This document shows, in pieces, positions 24,362 to 35,367 of a DNA stretch of 59,699 nt. Origin of the DNA: Stramenopiles sp. TOSAG23-2 (Eukaryota). The notes under the pieces are model-generated. The model ran no database searches, was not told the DNA's origin, and saw only the letters and a program-made list of their open reading frames with translations. The DNA lies in contig LT649253.1 of NCBI GenBank assembly GCA_900128395.1, positions 1 through 59,699 of the forward strand. Reading direction: 5' to 3'. Position 1 is the stretch's first letter, and each line of letters opens with the position of its first letter. The position numbers and the translations under genes were made by a program.

Positions 24362-26779
24362 ATGGAAGAATTTACATCCGAAAAACAAGATAGGGAAGCA
24401 CGGATTAAAGCACGTCGTACACGTATTGAACAACGTAAACGTGCAAAAGATGATGAAGGGAAAACCATTGGTGGTAGTCATGATGATGGACCAGGTCAAA
24501 GTGAAGGTGCGAAACAAACACAACAAAGTTTAGCACATATTGATCGTGTCAAAGCACAAAGTATTGAAAGCGTTACCTCCATACGTGTACAAGCAGATAA
24601 TGCTGAAAACCAACGTCGTATACGTGAGGAAGATAATCGTCAAAATAGGTTAAGACGTTTACAAGAAGAAGCAATTGAAAGTGGTAAACGTAATGCAGCT
24701 GTTGAAATGAGATGGCAAGAGTAAGTATATTATATATTTCTTTATCAATATTAAATATTAAAATAAATTCTCTATCTCACCCCTATATGCCACAATGTAC
24801 TAACAAAATACATATATATACATATATATATATATATATAGATTAATGAACTACAATATGCCACAAGATTTAATGGTCGAGTTACGTAAACAAAAAGGTG
24901 GTTGTGAACGTATTATCTCTTCTAAAGATGAATTAATTAAAGAATTTAATAATGAATTGAAATCGAAAGATGAAGATTACGTTAAAGCATTGAAACAACA
25001 AGAAGAAGATATTACACAATTATTATCTCGTATGCGTAAACAATATAACGATTTACAAAAAGAATATGAAGTGGAATTAGAACAAATTGAAGATGCGTTT
25101 ATGCGTGAACGTGATTCGTTATTATCACAAAATAAATCTGAAATCGATGATTTATTTGATAAACGACGTCATATGGAAATTCATTTCATGGAAGCAAAGC
25201 AGGAACGAGAGGAACAATACCAAGAGGAAATACAAAATTTAAGGGTAAAAGATAGTGAAGATTACAATAAATTAAAAATTAAATTGGAAACAGATATACA
25301 AACGTTAGAACAACAATTGGAAGAAATGCGTGCTACCTATCAATTGAATACGGAAAAATTAGAATATAATTATCGTGTATTAACGGAACGTGATATGGAA
25401 AATTCAGCAACATTGTCGCAACAAAAACGTAAATTAGCACGTTTAAAAGATGCATTGACCAATCAAATACAAAAATACCATAGTCAAGATTCTGAACATA
25501 AAGCGGAAAATCAATTATTAACGGAAGATTATCGTCGTATAACGAAACAATATAAAGATTTACAAAATAAATTTAGGCATTTCGAAGTTGCAGATAATGA
25601 AACATATCAAGAAGTATGGAATATGCATAAAGAAGAAAGTGCAGGATTAGTAGAACGTGTTTTAAAAGCGGATGAAATTATCCATTCGCAATTGTTAGGA
25701 TTAAATTGGCAACCACCTACTACGGAGCAGATAATGAAACATATCAAGAAGTATGGAATATGCATAAAGAAGAAAGTGCAGGATTAGTAGAACGTGTTTT
25801 AAAAGCGGATGAAATTATCCATTCGCAATTGTTAGGATTAAATTGGCAACCACCTACTACGGATGTATTTGCTAGAGTACCAAAAGGCATGGCACAACAA
25901 GCACAAGGTGGCGAGAAAACACAAGAGGAAACAGAGGAAGCGAAAAAACAAGCAGAAGAAGAAGCAAATAAAGCACCTGTTTCTACATATAAAGTAAAAA
26001 TTATGTTGCAATTATTAGCACAAGAAGCAGGATTTTTAATTGATGCAGAAACTAGGGAGAAAACACAAGAGGAAACAGAGGAAGCGAAAAAACAAGCAGA
26101 AGAAGAAGCAAATAAAGCACCTGTTTCTACATATAAAGTAAAAATTATGTTGCAATTATTAGCACAAGAAGCAGGATTTTTAATTGATGCAGAAACTAGG
26201 GAAAAATTAGAACAATTATCAAAAGCAGATCGAAAAGTTGCAAAAGCAGATAGTATATTAGCTGCATTAGGTATTGAAAGTGAAAAAGATGTTGAAAAAT
26301 TATTATCCTATTTTTTCACAAAAACACGTGAAGTGGATGGGGATTCAGATGAGGATGAAGGGGAAAATGGTGGTTTAAAAGTAAAACCAGATGAAGTTGT
26401 TAGAGTTGTGAAGAAATTTATTGTTGATCGTGAAGATCAACGTCGGGATGATCCTGCAATGCAATTGCAAGCAGCAACAATGGCAGAAAAAGCAGCTGCT
26501 GCGCAAAGGCAAAGGCGTAGAAAAGAGGAAAGGCAATTTTGGTCACGTGTTGCAAATGTGGTACCACCAAAAACACATCGTGCATGGAGTGCATTGGAGA
26601 AAATGCAAGTGAAATATGTCAATATTTTAAAAGACCGAGCAGCTGCTATTAATGAAACACAAAATTTAAAATCACAAAATGATGAATTAAAAGCATTATT
26701 AAATCAATATTTAGGTGCAGATGTGAATGATGAATTGCATATACCACCAACACAAGTTATTCGAATTGATGGTGATTAA
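24362..26779 (+). CDS. DRC1: Dynein regulatory complex protein 1 (CCDC164), ~671 aa; exons 24362-24720 and 24842-26779
   Basis: REARIKARRTRI N-terminus, NYD-SP28-type PQDL...CERIISSKDELIKEF...DEDYVKALKQQ, LEYNYRVLTERDMEN, C-terminal LLNQYLGADVNDELHIPPTQVI; intron 24721-24841 GTAAGTA...TACTAAC...TAG; continuous after removing the 137- and 144-bp duplications. Confidence 0.93.
25590..25863 (+). repeat. Exact 137-bp tandem duplication frameshifting DRC1
   Basis: GCAGATAATGAAACATATCAAG at 25590 and 25727; absent from the inverted copy at 12147-12911. Confidence 0.93.
25913..26201 (+). repeat. Exact 144-bp in-frame tandem duplication in DRC1
   Basis: GAGAAAACACAAGAGGAAAC at 25913 and 26057; absent from the inverted copy. 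Confidence 0.93.
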
Positions 26780-26950
26780 AACAAATGTACGATGTTAAAA
26801 AATGTAAAAATGTTGTGATACACAGGATACTATATATATGATGAATTGCATATACCACCAACACAAGTTATTCGAATTGATGGTGATTAAAACAAATGTA
26901 CGATGTTAAAAAATGTAAAAATGTTGTGATACACAGGATACTATATATAT
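26727..26950 (+). repeat. Exact 111-bp tandem duplication over the DRC1 stop
   Basis: ATGATGAATTGCATATACCACC at 26727 and 26838. Confidence 0.9.
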
Positions 26951-27023
26951 ATGATAGTAAGAGACGACATTATAGTGTAATTAGTGATTACTTGCAACAA
27001 GTGTAATTGCGAATTGTGAAGAG

Positions 27024-27119
27024 AAGAGTGGAAAAGCAAAACGCAAATAGATATGATGCATGATGCAGATGGTAGTCGGGTAGGACCAGGTAATGGTGAT
27101 TTAAGATTTAAATGATTAA
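27024..27119 (+). pseudogene. Relic 3' end of an ankyrin-family gene paralogous to 59255-59699
   Basis: After removing three 7-nt insertions it reads KSGKANRYDADGSRVGPGNGDLND* versus KGGKANFYDENGRRVGDGNGDLNH* (17/24 identical). Confidence 0.75.
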
Positions 27120-27134
27120 AACTCTTTACTTTAA

Positions 27135-27520
27135 TTATAATTCTACAACTGTACATATTTGTTTTTTCCGTCTTTCAGGTGTCGTCTCCTCCTCTCTCTG
27201 ACATGGGTCTTCTATTAATAAATAATGGCATTGTTGTTGTTGATTCTTCACAATAATTTGTTGAAAATTGAATGAAATTGAACGTTTAACTTTTTTTCTT
27301 CTTCTTTTTTTTTTGATTGATTTGTTGTCTTCAAATGCATTATTATTAATTATTATTATTATTACTACTACTATCATACTATGATATCATCATCATCATC
27401 GTTACTCATTATTTTATGATACAATATAGTGGAAGGAACGTTGATTTTTTGTAGGGTTTTGTGTTTAATACTTCACGATTGTTGTTCTTACTGTTGCTAT
27501 ATTTATGATTACCCATATCA
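27135..27520 (-). pseudogene. Possible degenerate small low-complexity gene
   Basis: MGNHKYSNSKNNNREVLK...SNDDDDD, then a frame change into NNNAFEDNKSIKKKRRRKKVKRSISF...ICTVVEL*; coding-like composition but broken. Confidence 0.3.
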
Positions 27521-27777
27521 TCACAACATAGTGGGACATATCATATAGTGGCACACAGTGAAAGAAGAAAAATCAGAGAGACCTGATGGCAGAAGAAAAA
27601 GTAAAACTGCACAAATTGGTTTCAAAAATAAAAACAGTTTTCCTCTGACATCAAATTACAAAACTTTGTGTGTGTGTGTGTGAAAATATTTAATACTCGC
27701 TCATATCATAATAAGTACCGAAATTTCCAATTATATAATGACCAACTGTATACACTCTAATATATATATTTTGTGTT

Positions 27778-30700
27778 TCAAAGATTATCATAATAACTGA
27801 TTTTTTGTGGTGGTAAGCCTACATGATGTACAAAACCATATGCACCTTCCAAAGGTACAGACTCTTGTCCAGGATAATAGCTTTCAGTAACTGCTTGCCC
27901 ACTTGAACGTTCAATGCTGCAGCTATTCCAAAATACATTGCAATTTTCCAAATGTGGATTTTCTGTGTATGCAGGCGATCTAAATGCTGGGCCCATTTTA
28001 GCAGTGTTGTTTTGCACAGTACACCGCTTTAACGTCATTGCGCGAGTATAAAACGCCGCTCCTCCAGATTGGGATGCGCTATTGTTGAAAATTGTTAAAT
28101 CTTCACCTACAAATTTTTCTCCATCATGATATATTGCTCCTCCATGCCCATACCCTACATGGCCAGTGGTGTCCGTTTCCGATGTCTTTCTTGAAGCATC
28201 TGGCCGTGAAGGAATTGCATGACCAGTTTCCCCATGCCTATTATACAAACCAGATATGGCTTGATTATGTTGTATAAGTGTAGTATCAATACTCAAGCTA
28301 CCGTGGTTCAAAATTGCCCCTCCATGCGTATCACCTCTAGAATTCACTGCTGTATTATATTCTACTAATCCACCGGAAAGAGAGACAATTGCTTTTGGGT
28401 ATGTAAACAATGCTGCTCCACCAGCGACGCCTTCCAAAAACGATGTCTTTACATGATTTTGTCGAAAAATTACGTTTGTCATTGTAACCATGGCATTCGT
28501 AAGCACGGTCATCCCTGCTCCTTTGCTAAGACCATCATTATCTTGAATAATTGAATTTGTAAGTATCAAGGTTCCACCATTGTTCACAAGGATACATCCA
28601 CGTGTGGTTTTTTCAAATACAAAATTATTCATCGTACATGGAGTCTCCTTTGTGTTGCTTACTTCAATCATTGTTCCCATACCATCTGACCATGCCGATC
28701 CAGGCGATACGATGACCCTTTCAGATGGCCCATTCAATGTAATGGTTGACGAGCCCGGAATTATAAGTGGAAAATTCAAAGTTGTGTGGTTAACCTTCAT
28801 AGTTGCAATGATGTATTGAGCGTTCGAATCAATATGTTCCATCTCGACAATCGAAGATCTCATGGTGCAGTCAAGTCTTCTTGGGGATACTGCTTCCCAA
28901 TCTACGAAAAGGATATCTTGCCATGGTTTTCCATTTTTTTCTGTGACATCAAATATAAATTTATTTTCATCAGTTGATACCACACTAAGGAGATATCTAT
29001 TTTGTAAGTCGATCATCGTCGATTTACCAAGATTTAATCCTAATTTGACACGAGAAATTGTTGGTGCAGTAAGAAAAGGGGTTGGGAAGACTACTGTTAT
29101 GCGTTTTACAAACGCATGCAATTGCGTTCCAACTAATGCAAAGCCAGATTGTACATCACTATGCTTTTCTAGGTCATTACATCTGGAAAGCTTGTTTCCA
29201 AGGCTAGAATCGCTAACTGAGGTAACGTCAATTTTCACCGCATTCGGCTTATGGCGAGGTTGAAATTCACCGTTATCAAAAGGTGGCGGTGCTATTCCGG
29301 GGTAAGTGTAATTAAGCCACGGCAAGTAACTACTTGGTGGAGATGCTGTACAACTAGGCTTTGCTACAGTTGGATAATTTCCCGGGCCATAGCATGATAA
29401 AACATATGGAAAGCTTCTTCTAACGAAATAGCCATATGTATCAGTTACCTTGTCTCCATCAGTATCTAAATTTGCACCATTGCAAATATCTACGCCAGAT
29501 GTTGCCTCACTACCATCAGAATAATACGGCCCAAAGATGGCGTGGCCATCTTTTGCCACACCAAGAATATGCTGGCCTTTTCGTTGAAATATTTTTTTTA
29601 CAGTATTTTCGGTTGTATTTGCAGCGGTCGATTGCGCATGTACAACAACAGAAGCAGAATCGGTTTGTACTTTGTTTGACGCATCTTGTAGATGATTCAC
29701 ACATTCGTTAGATCCATCACATACGCCACATAAATCTAGTTTTTTCCCGCTATTTACTATACCATCACAGCCTGTACAGGTTGCATTGTCACCAAAACAT
29801 ACCCCACATGCATCTTTGTCTGTATTTGTCCCGCCGCAACGACCACATTGGTCATATTTAAGTCCACTTCCAAATATACCATCACATCCAACTGGTAATA
29901 TGGCACCGGTATTGCCAGCAGTGCTGGCAACGACAATTCGAAGCTCCCCCTCCATAACAATTGAATGTCGTGTGCATCTGTAATATAAAGTATTTGGTGC
30001 ATTTTCAGGAATAGTAAAAGTAATTGTTCCTCGATCCATTCCCGCATATCCACTATCACCCCATGAGCTTCTGTCAAAATTCATTCCATCTGTATAGGCC
30101 GTACCATCTGCATATTGGATCATAAATGGATGGCCATTCGTTGCAATATCAAAAATATAGGTTTTTGATCTTAAAAGTGTTAAAGTAGGATTTCCAGATG
30201 CACCAGAAATCGTATATGAAGAAGTGTCACCCCCAATATATGCCCGTACTTGAAATTTTGGTGGCCCTTCAAATGGACTTTCTTCCAAACTTAATCGTCG
30301 TCGGTTCTTGCCGTGGCTATTGTAAAGTACATTTTCCTTATATTCTGATCTAAATTCAGAGGATACGTATTCTCGCAACATATAGGTAGAAATATTTCTA
30401 CAACCATCGTGACCTTCAACTTTCCAATTACATAGAAACTGTCTAGACATTGGATGCAATATATCTGATTGCAAAGCTATTTCTCTGACATCATGGATAC
30501 ATACAGGGATTAAAGGATATGAATACATACCATCCGCTGTTGTGTGACCTAGGCATGTATCAATTGGCTGCTTTACCTTTTCTCGTGCAGATGCACTCCA
30601 AGTATCTTCGTTATTATCGTCCAGAGCCGTAATAAAAGGGACGCCGTTAATAGCTACACCAACAATTTTATCGAGACTTAACTTGGGTGCTGGTGGCCAA

Positions 30701-31245
30701 GTATTTATTAAATTGTACTCCGTTCTGATGAAATTATATTCCGCTGGAACTTGTTCGTCAGAAACCATCGTTTTATTGCATACAATTTGATCCAATTCAC
30801 TATTTGATTCCGGGGCAAACCGTCTTCCGTTTATATCTTTATCAAAGGCTACCTCATAGTCAATATATTTAGGAACTGGTGGAACCATAGGGCTATAATA
30901 ACAGTGATCGGGCATAGCATTTGTTTGAATCCTAATTTTTACTTCGTTTCCAACTTGACGGCAAGTCACGCATAGCTGACGAGTCCATATACACTGCAGG
31001 CTTGTATCTTTGTCTTGACATTGCCCCACATCCATGCATGTTACCAGTTGCCCGGGCATATCACGTATATTCGAAGATGCATTTATAAGACTGGGACAAG
31101 TATTGCGAAATTTAGAAGCCACTTCTAGACATTCCGTTAATGATTGACTTTTCACTAAAGACAAAAAACAAAAATTACAAAAGAAAATAACGATACAAAA
31201 ACGTAACATTATAAAGTCTCTGTCTACATACATAATTCTGAGCAT
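27778..31245 (-). CDS. Secreted multidomain protein: split YHYH-like domain, cupredoxin-like insert, Cys-rich GCDG/CGVC repeats, small beta-sandwich, pectin-lyase-like beta-helix (GGAI/N repeats); likely start 31209
   Basis: Signal MLRFCIVIFFCNFCFLSLVKS; TNAMPDH, VGVAINGVPF, DTCLGH; GVAKDGHAIFGPY...VDICNG...FPYVLSCYG; NPTLTL...GHPF...LYYRCTRHSIVMEG; GGAIL/GGAIY/GGAAF with xxN ladders. Confidence 0.8.
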   Translation of the reverse strand: MLRIMYVDRDFIMLRFCIVIFFCNFCFLSLVKSQSLTECLEVASKFRNTCPSLINASSNIRDMPGQLVTCMDVGQCQDKDTSLQCIWTRQLCVTCRQVGNEVKIRIQTNAMPDHCYYSPMVPPVPKYIDYEVAFDKDINGRRFAPESNSELDQIVCNKTMVSDEQVPAEYNFIRTEYNLINTWPPAPKLSLDKIVGVAINGVPFITALDDNNEDTWSASAREKVKQPIDTCLGHTTADGMYSYPLIPVCIHDVREIALQSDILHPMSRQFLCNWKVEGHDGCRNISTYMLREYVSSEFRSEYKENVLYNSHGKNRRRLSLEESPFEGPPKFQVRAYIGGDTSSYTISGASGNPTLTLLRSKTYIFDIATNGHPFMIQYADGTAYTDGMNFDRSSWGDSGYAGMDRGTITFTIPENAPNTLYYRCTRHSIVMEGELRIVVASTAGNTGAILPVGCDGIFGSGLKYDQCGRCGGTNTDKDACGVCFGDNATCTGCDGIVNSGKKLDLCGVCDGSNECVNHLQDASNKVQTDSASVVVHAQSTAANTTENTVKKIFQRKGQHILGVAKDGHAIFGPYYSDGSEATSGVDICNGANLDTDGDKVTDTYGYFVRRSFPYVLSCYGPGNYPTVAKPSCTASPPSSYLPWLNYTYPGIAPPPFDNGEFQPRHKPNAVKIDVTSVSDSSLGNKLSRCNDLEKHSDVQSGFALVGTQLHAFVKRITVVFPTPFLTAPTISRVKLGLNLGKSTMIDLQNRYLLSVVSTDENKFIFDVTEKNGKPWQDILFVDWEAVSPRRLDCTMRSSIVEMEHIDSNAQYIIATMKVNHTTLNFPLIIPGSSTITLNGPSERVIVSPGSAWSDGMGTMIEVSNTKETPCTMNNFVFEKTTRGCILVNNGGTLILTNSIIQDNDGLSKGAGMTVLTNAMVTMTNVIFRQNHVKTSFLEGVAGGAALFTYPKAIVSLSGGLVEYNTAVNSRGDTHGGAILNHGSLSIDTTLIQHNQAISGLYNRHGETGHAIPSRPDASRKTSETDTTGHVGYGHGGAIYHDGEKFVGEDLTIFNNSASQSGGAAFYTRAMTLKRCTVQNNTAKMGPAFRSPAYTENPHLENCNVFWNSCSIERSSGQAVTESYYPGQESVPLEGAYGFVHHVGLPPQKISYYDNL

Positions 31246-31627
31246 ATTTTTTGAATCAAATGAATTGAATATATATAATTCAAAAATATATATATTATAT
31301 ATATATACGAATTTGATTTGTTAAATTAATACAGGAACTTCATATTAATAGTACTATTATTAATAAACAGTAATTATTTATTAATAGGCATACTGGCATA
31401 GCCAGGATAGCGTAAAATAAGTAAAATATATAATAATAGCAATAACGTTTTTTAATTGGCTAAAAAAATATAATATGGAAAACCGTAGACTATTGAAATA
31501 CATTTCCCCTATATGTTCTGTTCTCATAATTATATTCTATACTAATAATATTGATAATATATATTTATTATAATTAGATATACTATTTATCAATACGCTG
31601 TATAGAATGTATATATAGTTACTGATG

Positions 31628-34468
31628 TCAAGAAGGCCCTGCTTTTCGTTCAAACTTCTGTAAATAATTGAAACCTGGTTGATTTATTGTCTTATGCAAA
31701 CCATAGGTTTTATATTTGATTTTCAAAGTTTTAAAACGAGCTTGTCTTTCAATTTCTGGCAATTCCATACGTTTGAAAATAACTTGACCAGCACGGCGAT
31801 TGGTAGCTCTCCTGAGAGCGTCGTGTGTTCCGACTAGGCGATTGGCATTCAAATGATTTCTATTATTAATTGCCCTCCTGCTTTGCTCGCTAGAGAAAAA
31901 TGAAATACATTGACTAAATTTATCATACAACGATCGGCTACAACCATGGCGATTATGATTTTCAGATTCAGACGAGGACAATATCGGTGCTTCAACTTCT
32001 TCTTTTACATAATAATACATTTTATGAAGAAATTCAATATTTGTCAATTTTCGGCCATAATCATCTGAAAAGCTCACGCGCTTTTTAGTTCTTTGTTTTT
32101 TATTTTTAGCAATAAAATTCTTGGATTTTGAAACTTTTGTATATCCACTTTGTTGAATTTTATCATTCTTACGATTTACAACGGAATTTACAGCTTTCTC
32201 TATAGTATCACCATACATAATGGAATCTACTGCTGCGTCGATCCTTCTTAGCATATTTCTGTCCAACTGGCTTCCCGAGCTTGAATTCTTGGATTTTGAA
32301 GTTTTTGTTTTTTTACTCTTTCGAAGTTGATTCTTCTTACTGCCTTTTTTCATAATGGAGCGTATCGTTGCATTGGTCTTTTTGATACGTTGATACTTCT
32401 TAAGATATTTCTGTTTATCTAGCTTCTTCGGCAACTCCTGTTCCTTGGTATTCTCCACTTGAACAGGATTCTCTAGCGTTTGTTCTTTCTTGTTATTTGT
32501 GTTTTGCTGAATTAATTGTTTTAAAGGTGCATCACTAACATTTCTCTCTCGATCTTCTTCTTCTTCTCCTTCGCTTTTCGCTAAAACTTGAGGGGAAGAT
32601 GCTATTCTTAATGCTTCAAATCGAGGTCCGATTATTTTTTCTAATACTCTGGTACTTTTAACTGCACTATTCGTATCGTTTACATTCGTAGATATTTCAT
32701 TTACTATGAATTTATTGATTAGCGAGCATTGCTTCTCAAAACGCTCACCATTACCATACAATTGCTTTAAAGAAAACAGTCCACATATTTCAGGCGAAAT
32801 ACAAAACAAACGAATCATGTTCAATCGAATATATGTCACAGAAATTTTATCATTTAATTGTTTTAACCCTTCATATTTATATTCTGACAAAGTATCTATT
32901 CTTGAATTAACATTGTTGTTGCTGTTGTTCATATTGCTATTATCACTGTCATCATCCTTATTAGTCGTATCATCTTTCTTTTTAGTCAAATTACTGCTAG
33001 AGGAGGTGGATCCAACGTTTTCATTTTTCCTACCACCTTTTCCCCTAATACCACCACTATCAGATTTTAAATCAACAAAATAATTCTTCTCTATTGTATC
33101 TTTAGTTTTCGATAAATTTAAAAATAATTTTTCTCCACCATTACATATATATTTGCAGGAATTGATTGTCGCGTTCGTAAGCGAGATATTGACTACTGGT
33201 CTCCATGTTTTTTGTTGAAAAACACTGGTATTTAAATTTATGCGTAATTTTTTTTTTTGATTTTTACAATGGTCTTTGACAATATCTTTTTGCCTTGATA
33301 ACGATTCAATTGGTAATACATGGTTGCGAAAAAAATGTATGATCTTTTTTCTGATATCTAAGTCTAAAATGCGTATATTATTATTATCATCATCATCATT
33401 GCTGCAATTATCTGTTACTCCCGCATCGTTTTTATCTTGAAGCGTTGTATAAAATCTAGCATTGTTTTTATCATTATCATCATCATTATTATTATCAAGA
33501 TAGATATGAAATAAATAACAGATAAGACGCAAAATAGCAAGACGAATTGCATATTTTAAAGGCAAATGCATAATCACATCCCGATATATTGTTGCATTCT
33601 TAACTTGATTTGTACATGATAAGCTTGCTATATGATCAAGTGGAACATTATCAACATTTTTAACAAAAGCAATAATCTTTAAATCGTTAACAAACATTCT
33701 CCATATATCTTTGTTTAAAAGGATGTTATCTTCCGAAATGGCAATGCGAAATTTTCTAGGAACATCATCTGCTAAAATATTTTTTCGTAATGACTTATCA
33801 TACCGACGTCTTGTATTTGACGTTTCGGAAGATGAAGTTGCTGATGAATTTGTGGACGATTTGGACGATGAAGAAGTTTTTGACGAAGTGGAAGATGATG
33901 CAGTTGAAAACGTCTCTGAAGAATCTGTTGGTGTCGGTGATGGTGTATATTCCCCAAACGAACTTCTATTGTTGTTTTCGTTTACTGTAGTCGTATTCAT
34001 CATAGGTATTATAGGTACATAGGTTGTTCCATCCTCATCAATACTAGAATAGTCATCATCTCCACCTAATAATTCACCATCGCTTAACAATTCAAAATCA
34101 TCATTGAACATATTGAAATTGAAATCGATTAAATCCGCATTGTATTCTGAATTATCATCATCAAATACTGTCGACATATTAAAATCAATGCCTGTAGGTG
34201 GTCTAGGAATATTCTCCTCAGCATTTACTTCGTCGTTATTATCAACATTTTCCATTTGTTCAATACTTTTGCTTACAAGCGTAAATCCTTGATTTGTTGT
34301 TGTAGTTGTTGCTGTAGTTGTGCTACTTTCACCACCAAGTTCTTCATCAGCTGATTGTGTAAGCTGGGAAAGTGCTTTGCTTTTCTTTACAACTTTTTTG
34401 TTATCACCGTCAGTACTGTAATTATTATTCCCTCTATTTCGTTTTCTAGTAGTATGTGTAGTATCCAT
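31628..34468 (-). CDS. Hypothetical 946-aa protein with acidic/Ser-rich N-terminus, basic tracts and an RVxF motif
   Basis: Long uninterrupted ORF; KKRVSFSDDYG resembles a PP1 docking motif; no family recognised. Confidence 0.75.
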   Translation of the reverse strand: MDTTHTTRKRNRGNNNYSTDGDNKKVVKKSKALSQLTQSADEELGGESSTTTATTTTTNQGFTLVSKSIEQMENVDNNDEVNAEENIPRPPTGIDFNMSTVFDDDNSEYNADLIDFNFNMFNDDFELLSDGELLGGDDDYSSIDEDGTTYVPIIPMMNTTTVNENNNRSSFGEYTPSPTPTDSSETFSTASSSTSSKTSSSSKSSTNSSATSSSETSNTRRRYDKSLRKNILADDVPRKFRIAISEDNILLNKDIWRMFVNDLKIIAFVKNVDNVPLDHIASLSCTNQVKNATIYRDVIMHLPLKYAIRLAILRLICYLFHIYLDNNNDDDNDKNNARFYTTLQDKNDAGVTDNCSNDDDDNNNIRILDLDIRKKIIHFFRNHVLPIESLSRQKDIVKDHCKNQKKKLRINLNTSVFQQKTWRPVVNISLTNATINSCKYICNGGEKLFLNLSKTKDTIEKNYFVDLKSDSGGIRGKGGRKNENVGSTSSSSNLTKKKDDTTNKDDDSDNSNMNNSNNNVNSRIDTLSEYKYEGLKQLNDKISVTYIRLNMIRLFCISPEICGLFSLKQLYGNGERFEKQCSLINKFIVNEISTNVNDTNSAVKSTRVLEKIIGPRFEALRIASSPQVLAKSEGEEEEDRERNVSDAPLKQLIQQNTNNKKEQTLENPVQVENTKEQELPKKLDKQKYLKKYQRIKKTNATIRSIMKKGSKKNQLRKSKKTKTSKSKNSSSGSQLDRNMLRRIDAAVDSIMYGDTIEKAVNSVVNRKNDKIQQSGYTKVSKSKNFIAKNKKQRTKKRVSFSDDYGRKLTNIEFLHKMYYYVKEEVEAPILSSSESENHNRHGCSRSLYDKFSQCISFFSSEQSRRAINNRNHLNANRLVGTHDALRRATNRRAGQVIFKRMELPEIERQARFKTLKIKYKTYGLHKTINQPGFNYLQKFERKAGPS

Positions 34469-35367
34469 ATTTGTTGTTATATCAATATTAAAAAATATTT
34501 CACGAAAGGTATATATATATATAAATAAAACCGAATAAAAATGAATTAAAAAATTGTAGCTACGTCTACGTCTATGTTTCTTTTTTGTTATTGTAGCTAC
34601 GTCTATGTTTCCTTTTTGTTTTTCATCTTTTGATGATCACCACTTTACAAAGTTTCCATGTATAATCAAATTATTCCCATATAATTGTTTCTGTGCCGGC
34701 CAGTCACCCCAGCAGTGGTGTTGCCCTGCCAGTCGTCACCCGCATCATCAAAAATACGCGTGCTCTTGTGTGTGCGTGTTTTGTGTTTTTACCTCCAAGT
34801 AAGTATAAACAGTACAAGACATTTCCTATTCATAAGAAATTAACATCATCATATCATGTAAAATTCGACCAATCAACACGGAAACTAAAATCTAAAATCC
34901 GGTTACGGTGAAAATTGAAATAAATAAGATATTTCACATTATTAGCACTCAAATATAATTTTAACATTACAGACAATTAAAAAAAAATACCACTTGCTGT
35001 GTCATGCTATATCATCGCTAAAATTGATGTAAACCTTAAACTGCCTGAAGCAGCAGGTTATAAAGTTGGTCTAACCAGCTAACGATGGAGATTTGAAGTT
35101 AAAACATATGAATATAGATGATAGTAATAGTCACAAAGATCCATCATGATGGAGTATATACATAGATGAGGTAATAGAAGTGAAACAAAGGAAAATATTA
35201 AAAAAGAAGTGCCATATAGTGAAAAGAAGATATTCTATACATATATTCTACACACATATAGACAGACTTTACAATTCATGGTGGCAGAAAATATATAGAC
35301 CAAGGTAGACACATTGATTTTATATAATTTATATTCAGTATTAATAATATAAATATTAAAAAATAAA

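Noticed and set aside
16084..26950. Clustered direct repeats as a CRISPR-like or functional repeat array
   Set aside because: Each repeat is a unique two-copy tandem of local sequence with no shared repeat, no spacers and no cas genes; the context is eukaryotic
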